From Desulfobacteraceae bacterium (GTDB taxonomy: Bacteria; Desulfobacterota; Desulfobacteria; Desulfobacterales; ETH-SRB1), in assembly GCA_030593145.1 (NCBI GenBank), contig JAUVHU010000006.1:1121-65120 (forward strand): a stretch of DNA of 64,000 nt, read 5' to 3'. This document shows positions 18,736 through 27,119 of this stretch, piece after piece. The notes below the pieces were generated by a model, which was given only the letters and a program-made list of their open reading frames with translations, did not search any database and was not told where the DNA came from. The position numbers were made by a program, and so were the translations under genes. The first letter of the stretch is position 1. The number at the start of each line of letters is the position of its first letter.

Positions 18736-19416
18736 ATGATTTATGTTATAGCAACCAGCCGGGATTGGAATGTCCCCATGAAAGATCGGCTTGAGAAACG
18801 CACAGGCATTTACTTTAAGCTCATCACGTCAAGAAAACATTTAACGTTTGAGAAGTTGAGCCAAATCAAACCACGCTATGTGTTTCTCCCTCATTGGTCA
18901 TACCTCGTACCGGAAAATGTGTACAAAAATTATGAGTGTATAATATTTCATATGACAGATGTCCCTTTTGGGCGAGGCGGCAGTCCATTACAGAATCTAA
19001 TTTCAAGAGGAATTTATGAGACGAAGATCTCCGCTTTGCGCTGTGTAAAGGAATTAGATGCGGGACCGGTTTATTTAAAGAGACCGTTAAGCCTTTATGG
19101 ATCGGCGGAAGAGATTTATTTGCGGGCATCTGAAATTATCGAAGAGATGATTTGTCAGATTATTAAGGAACAGCCTGTGCCTGTTGAGCAGAAAGGTGAA
19201 ATAACCTGTTTTTCAAGGCGAAAGCCTGAACAAAGCGATATTGCTGAGTTAACCAGCTTGAAGCAGGTTTTTGATTATATTAGAATGCTTGACGCAAATG
19301 GATATCCGCGCGCTTTTTTGGAAACGGAACATTTTCGTTTTGAGTTTGAACGCGCTTCTATTAAAAAAGATCAGGTAATTGCAAATGTCAAGATTGCTGA
19401 GAGGAAAAATGAATAA
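18736..19416 (+). CDS. formyltransferase-like protein (Fmt/PurN-related)
   Basis: FHMTDVPFGRGGSPLQNLI resembles the H.SLLP..RG..P.Q motif of formyltransferases. Confidence 0.5.
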   Translation: MIYVIATSRDWNVPMKDRLEKRTGIYFKLITSRKHLTFEKLSQIKPRYVFLPHWSYLVPENVYKNYECIIFHMTDVPFGRGGSPLQNLISRGIYETKISALRCVKELDAGPVYLKRPLSLYGSAEEIYLRASEIIEEMICQIIKEQPVPVEQKGEITCFSRRKPEQSDIAELTSLKQVFDYIRMLDANGYPRAFLETEHFRFEFERASIKKDQVIANVKIAERKNE

Positions 19417-20086
19417 ACAGATATTGATTATTGCCGCCCACCCAGACGACGAAGTCTTAGGTTGCGGCGGAACCATTGCCCGTCACGTAAAAGAGGGGGC
19501 TTCTGCTCATGTCCTTTTTCTTGGCGATGGTGTTAGTTCTCGCGGGAATTCTGATTCCAAATTGGTAAATGCGCGAAAAAAAAGCGCGGTTAAAGCATGT
19601 GAAATATTAGGGGCTGCCGTTGTGGGTTTTGAGAAATTCCCTGATAACATGTTTGACACCGTTTCGCTGTTAGATATTGTCAGGGTTGTTGAATCAGCAA
19701 AAAAAGAGATTAATCCTCAAATTATCTATACCCATCACGGCGGTGATCTGAATATTGATCATAGAATAACCTGTCAGGCGGTTCTAACTGCATTTCGACC
19801 TCAACCTGATGAGGAATTTTCTGAAATCAGGGCATTTGAGACAAACAGCTCAACAGAATGGTCTACATTCGCCATTATGCCGCCATTTATTCCTGATACT
19901 TTTGTGGATATTTCCCAATATCTTGACAAGCTATTAAATGCTTACGCCTGCTATGCAGATGAAATTCGAGAAGAACCACATGCAAGGTCTCTTGAGGCGT
20001 TAAAAATCGCGGCGCTTCGCAGAGGAAGGGAAGCTGGTTTCCAGGCCGCTGAGGCATTTATGACTCTAAGACGCATATTCAGATAA
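19409..20086 (+). CDS. PIG-L/LmbE family deacetylase
   Basis: ILIIAAHPDDEVLGCGGTIARH and ..HHGGDLNIDH. ATG 19409 overlaps the upstream stop by 8 nt. The longest ORF starts at 19379. Confidence 0.75.
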   Translation: MNKQILIIAAHPDDEVLGCGGTIARHVKEGASAHVLFLGDGVSSRGNSDSKLVNARKKSAVKACEILGAAVVGFEKFPDNMFDTVSLLDIVRVVESAKKEINPQIIYTHHGGDLNIDHRITCQAVLTAFRPQPDEEFSEIRAFETNSSTEWSTFAIMPPFIPDTFVDISQYLDKLLNAYACYADEIREEPHARSLEALKIAALRRGREAGFQAAEAFMTLRRIFR

Positions 20087-20113
20087 AGAAAAAAGGAGCA
20101 TGAGCAATCTCAA

Positions 20114-21175
20114 ATGAGTGGAAAAGACATTAACATTGTCAATCGCAAAATCGGCCCCGGTCATCCGCCCTTCATCATAGCCGAGATGTCCGGCAATCAT
20201 AACCAGTCGCTTGACCGGGCTCTGGCGATTGTTGAGGCCGCTGCCAAAGCAGGGGCGCATGCGTTAAAGCTCCAGACTTATACAGCCGACACCATGACCC
20301 TTGATATTGCTAAAAGAGAATTCTTTATCAATGATCCGGACAGTCTGTGGAAGGGCAAATCTCTTTACGATCTTTACAAAGAGGCCTACACTCCATGGGA
20401 ATGGCATAAGCCGGTTTTTGACAGGTGTAAAAAACTGGGCATAATTGGTTTTAGTACACCTTTTGACGACACAGCGGTTGATTTTCTTGAAGAACTGAAC
20501 GTGCCATGCTACAAGATCGCCTCATTTGAAAACACGGATATTCCGCTGATACGTAAAGTTGCGGCTACGAAAAAACCGATGATAATTTCAACTGGTATGG
20601 CAACAATCGCCGAATTGGATGAAACCGTGCGTACAGCCCGAGAGGCAGGGTGCAAGGATCTGATCCTGCTCAAATGTGCCAGCGCCTATCCGGCCACGCC
20701 GGATAATACAAACATCCTCACCATTCCCCATATGGCAAGACTGTTTGACTGCCAGGTCGGCCTTTCTGACCATACCATGGGCTTGGGCGCTGCTGTTGCG
20801 AGTGTGGCCTTGGGGGCTACCGTGATAGAAAAACACTTCACTCTTTCCCGTGCCGATGGAGGAGTCGATTCTGCATTTTCTATGGAGCCGGAGGAAATGC
20901 GTGCCATGGTTATAGAGTGCGAGCGAGCATGGCAGGCACTGGGTAAAATTAGTTACGGCCCAACAAAAAAAGAGAAGGCTTCACTCCAATTCCGTCGTTC
21001 TCTTTACGTTGCTAAAGACATGAAGGCAGGAGACACCTTTACAAAAGAGAACCTGAGATCGCTTAGACCCGGTTTTGGCTTACCGCCTAAATATTATGAT
21101 GTCCTGCTCGGCAAATGCGTGAGCCGCGATACAAAAAAGGGGACACCTCTCGGTTGGGGAATGATTTGTGGCTAA
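20114..21175 (+). CDS. pseI: pseudaminic acid synthase (NeuB family)
   Basis: PFIIAEMSGNHNQSLDRAL..AGAHALKLQTY..KIASFE..GLSDHT and a C-terminal SAF domain (FRRSLYVAKDMKAGDTFTKENLRSLRPG). Confidence 0.85.
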   Translation: MSGKDINIVNRKIGPGHPPFIIAEMSGNHNQSLDRALAIVEAAAKAGAHALKLQTYTADTMTLDIAKREFFINDPDSLWKGKSLYDLYKEAYTPWEWHKPVFDRCKKLGIIGFSTPFDDTAVDFLEELNVPCYKIASFENTDIPLIRKVAATKKPMIISTGMATIAELDETVRTAREAGCKDLILLKCASAYPATPDNTNILTIPHMARLFDCQVGLSDHTMGLGAAVASVALGATVIEKHFTLSRADGGVDSAFSMEPEEMRAMVIECERAWQALGKISYGPTKKEKASLQFRRSLYVAKDMKAGDTFTKENLRSLRPGFGLPPKYYDVLLGKCVSRDTKKGTPLGWGMICG

Positions 21176-21240
21176 TAATCAAATAAGTAACGGTTCAATT
21201 AAGCGAAGAAATAAATACGCATGTACTTGGGAGTATCATT

Positions 21241-23670
21241 ATGAGTAACCAATTAAACAAAATGCTGTCGATCTGTATTTTTGGAGAAAATTGCCTATCT
21301 TCGTTAGAGCAGTGTGTTAGGCATGCAAAAAAATTGACTAACAGAATCTTTCTCATTGATATGAAATCAGATGATCAAATCAAGTTGGAAACTGAAGACC
21401 TTGGCATCCAGGTTATCGATGCTAGTTCCTTGCTATCAGCCTTGCAGTCTGAATGGGTTCTTTTCGTCAAGCCAGAGGAAAGGCCGGTTCTTTCTTCTAA
21501 CGAGAATCTGTGTAGTAGTCTGGGAAATCGACTCATAGATGGATATGCTGTCTCTGTTAAAAGTATCATTGAGCCTTCTTTGCTTGAGCCATATCAATGG
21601 GTAAAGAATCTCGGGCAATTAAAAAATGTTTCAGGGGCCACGTATATATCAAGGCTTGAGCTCCGCTTACTTCGACGCATACATGCTGTTAAGGGATTAA
21701 ACATAATCTTGGATGGACCTTCAAGAGAGTGGCCGGGTCTTGAAGGTAATATAGGTAGAATAGACAATATCAAAGTAGAATCATATGGGGAAGAGGAAGG
21801 GGAAGTTCAGGATAAGGGAAAAGAGCACGACATTCGTTGTCTTAAAGGTGAGTTAAAGTTTGGGCCTTCCGAAGAAGATAATATGGTAGAATTGACTGAA
21901 GGTATTATAGGTTTTAGCGTCTTGCACATGGGATATCTAAAAAGTTTTATGGAGTCGGCCCGGCTAGGATTAGGGAATGATAAGATATATCTAACAATGC
22001 TGCATTATTTGGGTAGAGAGGGAAAGTTTAGGGAAGCAAAGGACTTATTTGAAGCGTGGATCATTAAGAGGCATGATGTAGAAAAATGGGATATATATAT
22101 GAGGGCTGGATTCATATATGCAAATTTGCTTGATGTGGACAATGCTATCAATTGCTACGGAAAAGTGGCCGATCTGAATAAGACTTATGGGGCATTATCG
22201 AACTTGGGGAAGCTATATTTGGTCAAAGGAAAAAAGGAAAGGGCTCTTTCATATCTGGAGATGGCTACTGAACTTGAACCGGACCCTTTTGACAGGCAGA
22301 TTGTTTCGATTATAAGCAAAGAAGGCTGGAAGATGAGGAGGCTGAGCGTTTGCATGATCGCCAGAGACGAGGAAAAAGCAATTCAACAATCACTCGAATC
22401 GATAGTTGGTATTGCGGATGAGGTGATAGTTGTGGACACCGGCTCCTCTGACAAAACCAAAGAGATTGTCAGGGAATTTGGGGGGAAGGTCATTGAGGCT
22501 GAATGGCAGGACGATTTCTCTGCCGCAAGGAACGTTGGCTTGCAGGAGGCGACCGGTGACTATATATTGTGCATGGACGCGGATGAATTCGTTGATTCCA
22601 GACAACGATTCGGATTACTCTTGGCAAAGTGCCTTTTGCCACCTGCTCGGGAAGCGAGGGCTTACATGGTCAAGGTGGAGCCTGAAAAAGAGGCCGCGGA
22701 GTTGTCAGTGTCAATACTTTCCAAGTTCACTGGGCATGAACAAGAGGAATATCAGATCAGGCTTTTTCCAGGAGGGATGGGGATTCAGTTTCATGGCGCT
22801 GCATTTGAGACTATTGATGAATCATTGCACCATTTAGGAATTGAGGTGGCCGGAAATGACATATTCAAGATTACGCATTCGAAGCCGGACGGAAAAGCCA
22901 GGGATCAAAGAAAGGTTCCGGCTGTTATGAAATATTTCGAAATAATTCGTGATCCGGCAAAGGCGCTGGAAGGGGGTCTGTTTTTCCTGAGGCTCGGTGA
23001 TCTTGACCGGGCATATCCCTGGTTGGAAAAGACAGAGAAAATGGAGCCCGCGCTTTCAGCAAAAATAGCGAGACTCTATTCAATGAAAAATCAACATGAC
23101 CGGGCTAAGAAGATAATCAAGAAAGGGCTTGAATACTCTCCCGAATCATCCGACCTGATTCTTGCCTTGGCCGAAGTGCATCATAAACAGGGACAATACA
23201 ATAAAGTCCGAAACCTTCTGGCCGATCGAATTGATGTTATTAAGAAAGATCTTGACCCAGAAGCTGCTGCGGAGGCCTCCTACTACTATGGGATTGCCTT
23301 ATTAGAAGCGGATCTCCTTGCTGAAGGGGTAGAGCATATCGCATACAGTTCAGAAAACAATCCTCTCGACACCAGATACAAGATCGGATCTCTTTATGCC
23401 TTTTCAAAAGCAGATCAGTGGGAGCAGGTACTCGAAGTTGCGGGGCAGGTTGTGAATGAAGAAAAGATAAACATAGACCACGAAATCAAAGACTTTAGTG
23501 ACGTTGGGCTGGTTTTTATCGAACTTGTACGGCATTTTGCAGGTTCGAACAATTCTGAGGAAGCAAATATCTGTCATAAAATTTTGGAACATATTATTCG
23601 TACAAGGATATCGAACAAAGAAGAAGTAGAAAAGATGACGCAGATGCTTGGTGGCCTCTCTGTTAGTTAA
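21241..23670 (+). CDS. TPR-repeat protein with central GT2 glycosyltransferase domain
   Basis: LSVCMIARDEEKAIQQSLESIVGIADEVIVVDTGSSDKTKEIV..DFSAARNVGL..CMDADE is a GT2 core. It is flanked by TPR-like repeats. Confidence 0.65.
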   Translation: MSNQLNKMLSICIFGENCLSSLEQCVRHAKKLTNRIFLIDMKSDDQIKLETEDLGIQVIDASSLLSALQSEWVLFVKPEERPVLSSNENLCSSLGNRLIDGYAVSVKSIIEPSLLEPYQWVKNLGQLKNVSGATYISRLELRLLRRIHAVKGLNIILDGPSREWPGLEGNIGRIDNIKVESYGEEEGEVQDKGKEHDIRCLKGELKFGPSEEDNMVELTEGIIGFSVLHMGYLKSFMESARLGLGNDKIYLTMLHYLGREGKFREAKDLFEAWIIKRHDVEKWDIYMRAGFIYANLLDVDNAINCYGKVADLNKTYGALSNLGKLYLVKGKKERALSYLEMATELEPDPFDRQIVSIISKEGWKMRRLSVCMIARDEEKAIQQSLESIVGIADEVIVVDTGSSDKTKEIVREFGGKVIEAEWQDDFSAARNVGLQEATGDYILCMDADEFVDSRQRFGLLLAKCLLPPAREARAYMVKVEPEKEAAELSVSILSKFTGHEQEEYQIRLFPGGMGIQFHGAAFETIDESLHHLGIEVAGNDIFKITHSKPDGKARDQRKVPAVMKYFEIIRDPAKALEGGLFFLRLGDLDRAYPWLEKTEKMEPALSAKIARLYSMKNQHDRAKKIIKKGLEYSPESSDLILALAEVHHKQGQYNKVRNLLADRIDVIKKDLDPEAAAEASYYYGIALLEADLLAEGVEHIAYSSENNPLDTRYKIGSLYAFSKADQWEQVLEVAGQVVNEEKINIDHEIKDFSDVGLVFIELVRHFAGSNNSEEANICHKILEHIIRTRISNKEEVEKMTQMLGGLSVS

Positions 23671-23745
23671 ACGACAATGCAATAAGCAGTGAACAGACAA
23701 CATACAGCGGAAAACGGACAGCAGTGAACGGTGAACGATTCGCCA
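23671..23745. repeat. 7-nt-period array between the TPR-GT2 gene and maf
   Basis: cagtgaa cagacaa catacag cggaaaa cggacag cagtgaa cggtgaa. Confidence 0.75.
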
Positions 23746-23760
23746 CAGGGGGAAGAGTCA

Positions 23761-25719
23761 ATGAAGAAAAATGCTATTCTTGAACAAAATTTAAATGTAT
23801 TGTCCCAGAAAGATCCTGATCTCGCGCGAAGGGTTAGAGAAAGCACAGGAAATGGTAATTATAAAATAATTCGATCAAAAACAGGCTATCCAAACGTGAT
23901 AATTGAGAAAGGATTTGATGCAGAGGCGCTTTATGACAATAGTGACCCCATAGGATATTGTCGTCAATATCTGGAATCACTCAACATTAAATACGCCCCT
24001 ATTGTGATCTTTATGGGTCTGGGGCTTGGGTATCATCTCGATCTATTTTTCAAAGAGTACAGCAAACGGCTCAAAACAGAAGAGATCGTTATCTTCGAAG
24101 AGAATATTGGCCTATTTCGGCTGGCGCTGGAGTTGGGTGATTTCCGTAAAATTATCTCCCATCCCAATATTCACTTTTTTATTGGTGAAGACCCTGAAGC
24201 TGCTTTCCCAAAATTGAGGACTAAAATTCTTATAACTGGAAAAAATTGGATTGTTCTAAGATCTGTTAAAATCATTCCTATTCCTGGGAGTGTTTTTCAG
24301 GCTAATGAATACTACCTAAGAGCACTCAAAACGGCTAAGGATGCCGCTAGGCAAGTAATGATCACGGCTGGGAATGATCCTTTTGATTGCCTGGTTGGCC
24401 TCGAGCACATTTTTGAAAACCTGAGGGATATATTTTCCAACCCAGGTATAAACCTTCTTTCTGGAAGGTTTAAGGGACGGCCAGGAATCTTGGTAGCATC
24501 AGGACCGTCATTGAATAAGAATATGCATCTTCTCGGAGACCTTAGGGCTCGTGCCCTCATTATAAGTTGTGACGCAAGCCTTACTCCTCTCATTAAAAAT
24601 AGAATCCGCCCACATTTGGTAACCTCCCAAGAAAGAACTCCTGGGGTTGAACTCCATTATTCCTGCCTTAATGATTTTGATGGTATCTGTTTTGTTGGAT
24701 GCCCTATCCTAATGCCTGAGGTTTTTGCTGCATTCAAAGGGAAGAAGATCATTGTTTACAGGGCATATTCCCAGTTTGACTGGCTAGAGTGTGAAAAGGG
24801 TTCCCTGATTACAGGTATATCTGTGGCCAATATGGCATTTAAGATTCTTGAGTCATTAGGATGCGACCCTATCATCCTTGTTGGCCAGGACCTTGCCTTT
24901 TCCGAGAATGGGGATACCCACGTTGAGGGCAATGTATATGGAGAGATAAGCAAGGAAGCATTATTGAAAAATCCCACTATTATGCTCGAAGGTAATGACG
25001 GAAGGCACGTTAGGTCTGAGAGGTCGTGGGAGATTATGAAAAATACATACGAGGAGGACGTTGAGGCTTATCAGGGTAAATGTATCAACGCAACAGAGGG
25101 AGGGGTCAGGATTCGAGGTACCGAGGTAATGTCTTTTAATGAGGCAATACAAAAGTATTGCACAGAAGAGTTTTGGCCGGAGTTAATAATAAACGAAATC
25201 TTTTCTGATTTTGAGAAAAAAAATATTGATGTTGAAGCGGAGCTGAAAAGGATCCACACAAAGGCTATAGAAACCCGGAGAACAGTACAGAATACAATCG
25301 ACCAGTTCCTGGAGGCCCTTGAGGAGGCCCGCCTTGCGGAAAAGGAGATTATCCAACCCTTCATTGACAACGGTTCGGCTGTTGAGACTGAAAGACTTGT
25401 GAATATCGAAAAGAAATTCCTTGATCTGAGTAGAACGCTTAACGACCCAGGAGACAGAAAATTGTATGATATTACCGCCCATACCTTACAGCCCTATGAT
25501 ATATGGTTTACCCATGAGCTGAGCTTCCTTAAAGACATTTACACGGATAAGGAGTGCTTGTCAGCGGCAACGGTGCTCAAGATGAAAGAATGGTTCGCTG
25601 TAGTAGGACATCTTCTTGTCTGTACGAGGGATGTTCTGGAGAAGACTGAAAAAAGGCTGGATGAGGAGGTTGGGGGGGTTAGAGGGTTAGAAGGGGAAAG
25701 CATAGAGCATAGAGCTTAG
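23761..25719 (+). CDS. maf: motility accessory factor (Maf; DUF115/MptE-like flagellin nonulosonic-acid transferase)
   Basis: GRPGILVASGPSLNKNM..ALIISCDASLTPLIKNRIRPHLVTSQER is the DUF115 core. It lies next to flagellin and pse genes. The longest ORF starts at 23731 in a repeat array, and the C-terminal GGVRGLEGESIEHRA is read from an array. Confidence 0.75.
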   Translation: MKKNAILEQNLNVLSQKDPDLARRVRESTGNGNYKIIRSKTGYPNVIIEKGFDAEALYDNSDPIGYCRQYLESLNIKYAPIVIFMGLGLGYHLDLFFKEYSKRLKTEEIVIFEENIGLFRLALELGDFRKIISHPNIHFFIGEDPEAAFPKLRTKILITGKNWIVLRSVKIIPIPGSVFQANEYYLRALKTAKDAARQVMITAGNDPFDCLVGLEHIFENLRDIFSNPGINLLSGRFKGRPGILVASGPSLNKNMHLLGDLRARALIISCDASLTPLIKNRIRPHLVTSQERTPGVELHYSCLNDFDGICFVGCPILMPEVFAAFKGKKIIVYRAYSQFDWLECEKGSLITGISVANMAFKILESLGCDPIILVGQDLAFSENGDTHVEGNVYGEISKEALLKNPTIMLEGNDGRHVRSERSWEIMKNTYEEDVEAYQGKCINATEGGVRIRGTEVMSFNEAIQKYCTEEFWPELIINEIFSDFEKKNIDVEAELKRIHTKAIETRRTVQNTIDQFLEALEEARLAEKEIIQPFIDNGSAVETERLVNIEKKFLDLSRTLNDPGDRKLYDITAHTLQPYDIWFTHELSFLKDIYTDKECLSAATVLKMKEWFAVVGHLLVCTRDVLEKTEKRLDEEVGGVRGLEGESIEHRA

Positions 25720-25760
25720 AGGAGCTTAAAACTGAAAGCTCAAAGCAGGTAATAAACCCC
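25668..25760. repeat. 7-nt-period array over the maf stop codon
   Basis: ggttaga gggttag aagggga aagcata gagcata gagctta gaggagc ttaaaac tgaaagc tcaaagc. Confidence 0.75.
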
Positions 25761-25811
25761 ATTAGAGGCCTGATAGTCAGCGCCTCTAACTGGGGTAAAC
25801 CTTAAACCAAA

Positions 25812-25846
25812 ACCCCGCTTCTGGAAGATGGAGGCGGGTTTTTTAT
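25812..25846. terminator. rho-independent terminator (bidirectional position between maf and the convergent XRE gene)
   Basis: accccgcttc-tggaagatg-gaggcgggt stem-loop followed by tttttt. It overlaps the XRE stop codon. Confidence 0.65.
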
Positions 25847-26031
25847 GCTAGAAATTCTGCTATAGTTGTGTCAAGCGCTATTGCGATTTTGGAAAGAGTT
25901 TCAATATTGGGATTTGTTTTTCCATTCTCCAATCTGGAGAGATTCGGCCTTTGAATTCCTGTCATTTCTGAAAGTTGAGCCTGCGTTAGCCTTTTTGTTA
26001 TACGCATTGCTTTAACCTTTTTACCAGCCAT
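25843..26031 (-). CDS. XRE-family HTH transcriptional regulator (62 aa)
   Basis: ITKRLTQAQLSEMTGIQRPNLSRLENGKTNPNIETLSKIAIAL is a Cro/C1-type HTH. Confidence 0.8.
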   Translation of the reverse strand: MAGKKVKAMRITKRLTQAQLSEMTGIQRPNLSRLENGKTNPNIETLSKIAIALDTTIAEFLA

Positions 26032-26127
26032 CTTTCCTTTTTGCCGTGACTTTTGTTCTACCTCTTTGGTGTGTCTCGTTTAATTTTTGGAATGTTGGTG
26101 TAATAGGGGATACTTTGTCCGAGTCAA

Positions 26128-26292
26128 TCATGAACTAAACAGCGGAATATTCCTAATTCTAATTCCTGATCCAGTTACGGTTACCATCGCACCCTTCTTG
26201 ACTTGGGATTCAATCTCGGGCCAAATCTTTTTTATGAGCTGTGCCAAAGCTGCTGAACGAGGAAGCCCTTGATCCAGAAGAATACTAATCAA
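26128..26292 (-). pseudogene. internally deleted DUF5615 (PIN-like partner of DUF433) remnant, 54 codons
   Basis: My own translation is LISILLDQGLPRSAALAQLIKKIWPEIESQVKKGAMVTVTGSGIRIRNIPLFSS. It keeps the N-terminal (LLDQGLPRS) and C-terminal (..V.V....IRIR..P) signatures of DUF5615 but lacks the ~60-aa core. The TTG start overlaps the DUF433 stop (TTGA). Confidence 0.4.
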
Positions 26293-26522
26293 GCCGCCTC
26301 CAAAGCAATGTTTTGGTTATCCAAATTCCCGGCGGCGAATTGCAATGCCTGGCGAATGTCTTCTTTTCCCAACTCGGGATACTCAGACCGAAGTTTCTCC
26401 CAATCTGGATAAAGCGCAACGGTTTCTACCACCCTACGTACTGTTAAACGCATATTCCTTACACAAGGCTGACCATTCATGATTTCCGGATTAACGGTGA
26501 TTCTGTCAAATATTGTCCACAT
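26289..26522 (-). CDS. DUF433 domain protein (antitoxin-like)
   Basis: ITVNPEIMNGQPCVRNMRLTVRRVVETV is the DUF433 signature. Confidence 0.7.
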   Translation of the reverse strand: MWTIFDRITVNPEIMNGQPCVRNMRLTVRRVVETVALYPDWEKLRSEYPELGKEDIRQALQFAAGNLDNQNIALEAA

Positions 26523-26716
26523 TATGGCCTCCTTTGGTAATAAGAAATGTTGGGAACTGCCAGCGGACGATGGTTGCTTGTTAATTTATTTTAGACAAAT
26601 CCCATAAACTTTGATTTTTGTCAATCGGCTTTTCAAAACAACTCCGTATAGCATAAATGCAACCTGTTAACGTTTACAAAATAACTTAGCGCCCCCGCCA
26701 CAATACCACACCAAAG

Positions 26717-26859
26717 GAGACCTTTGAAAAAGGCTCAATTTTGTTCAAGTTCAAGGAAGGCGAAAATTTTAACCGGAGGAATATATTGAATATCTTGAGG
26801 ATTAAAATTTGAGCCGGACACAGCAATTGGGCAAAAGGGGGCGTTTTACAAAGATCTTC
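26717..26859. repeat. 31-nt repeat family: forward partial copy (26717-26733) and inverted full copy (26828-26859) just upstream of the flagellin sigma28 promoter
   Basis: gagacctttgaaaaagg, then tgggcaaaagggggcgttttacaaagatcttc. The latter is the reverse complement of the consensus GAGACCTTTGCAAAACGYCCYCTTTTGCCCA. Confidence 0.6.
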
Positions 26860-26870
26860 CAAGAAAATCC

Positions 26871-26898
26871 TAAAGAAATTTCTTCCTCTTTCCGATAA
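26871..26898 (+). promoter_or_regulatory. sigma28 (FliA) promoter candidate for flagellin
   Basis: TAAAGAAA-N12-TCCGATAA compared with the consensus TAAAGTTT-N11-GCCGATAA. The architecture matches the fliD promoter candidate at 30317. It would give a ~215-nt leader. Confidence 0.55.
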
Positions 26899-27033
26899 AT
26901 ATATCAAATAGACAAAAAATTAGTCTATTAAATATAACGGAAGGAGGTGGATGAAGAGTAAGCCCCGGTTAAATAGCTTACAGATTTAACGGGGTAAACA
27001 GTAAGGAGTATTCTTTTGGCAAGGATGCCGGGA

Positions 27034-27092
27034 GAACAGAGGTCAGAGGTCAGATATCAGTAACAAATGACCGTTGACAAATGACAACAATT
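27034..27092. repeat. 7-nt-period array in the flagellin leader
   Basis: aacagag gtcagag gtcagat atcagta acaaatg accgttg acaaatg acaacaa. Confidence 0.7.
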
Positions 27093-27119
27093 TAACCAAA
27101 TATCAAGGAGGATAAAACC

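Noticed and set aside
22430-22837. 135-aa alternative-frame plus-strand ORF inside the TPR-GT2 gene
   Set aside because: It overlaps the GT2 catalytic core, which is read in the main frame. It has no motif and an Arg/Ser-rich off-frame composition.
26087-26272. 61-aa plus-strand ORF between the XRE and DUF433 genes
   Set aside because: The opposite strand encodes a peptide with DUF5615 end signatures and a coupled TTGA start/stop with DUF433, which is the better explanation.
26686-26907. 73-aa minus-strand ORF upstream of flagellin
   Set aside because: It overlaps the sigma28 promoter candidate and the 31-nt repeat copies. Its composition is low-complexity and no RBS is present.
27017-27029. 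TGGCAAGGATGCC as a sigma54 promoter for flagellin
   Set aside because: The GG-to-GC spacing is 9 nt where the consensus needs 12. The sigma28 candidate at 26871 fits much better.
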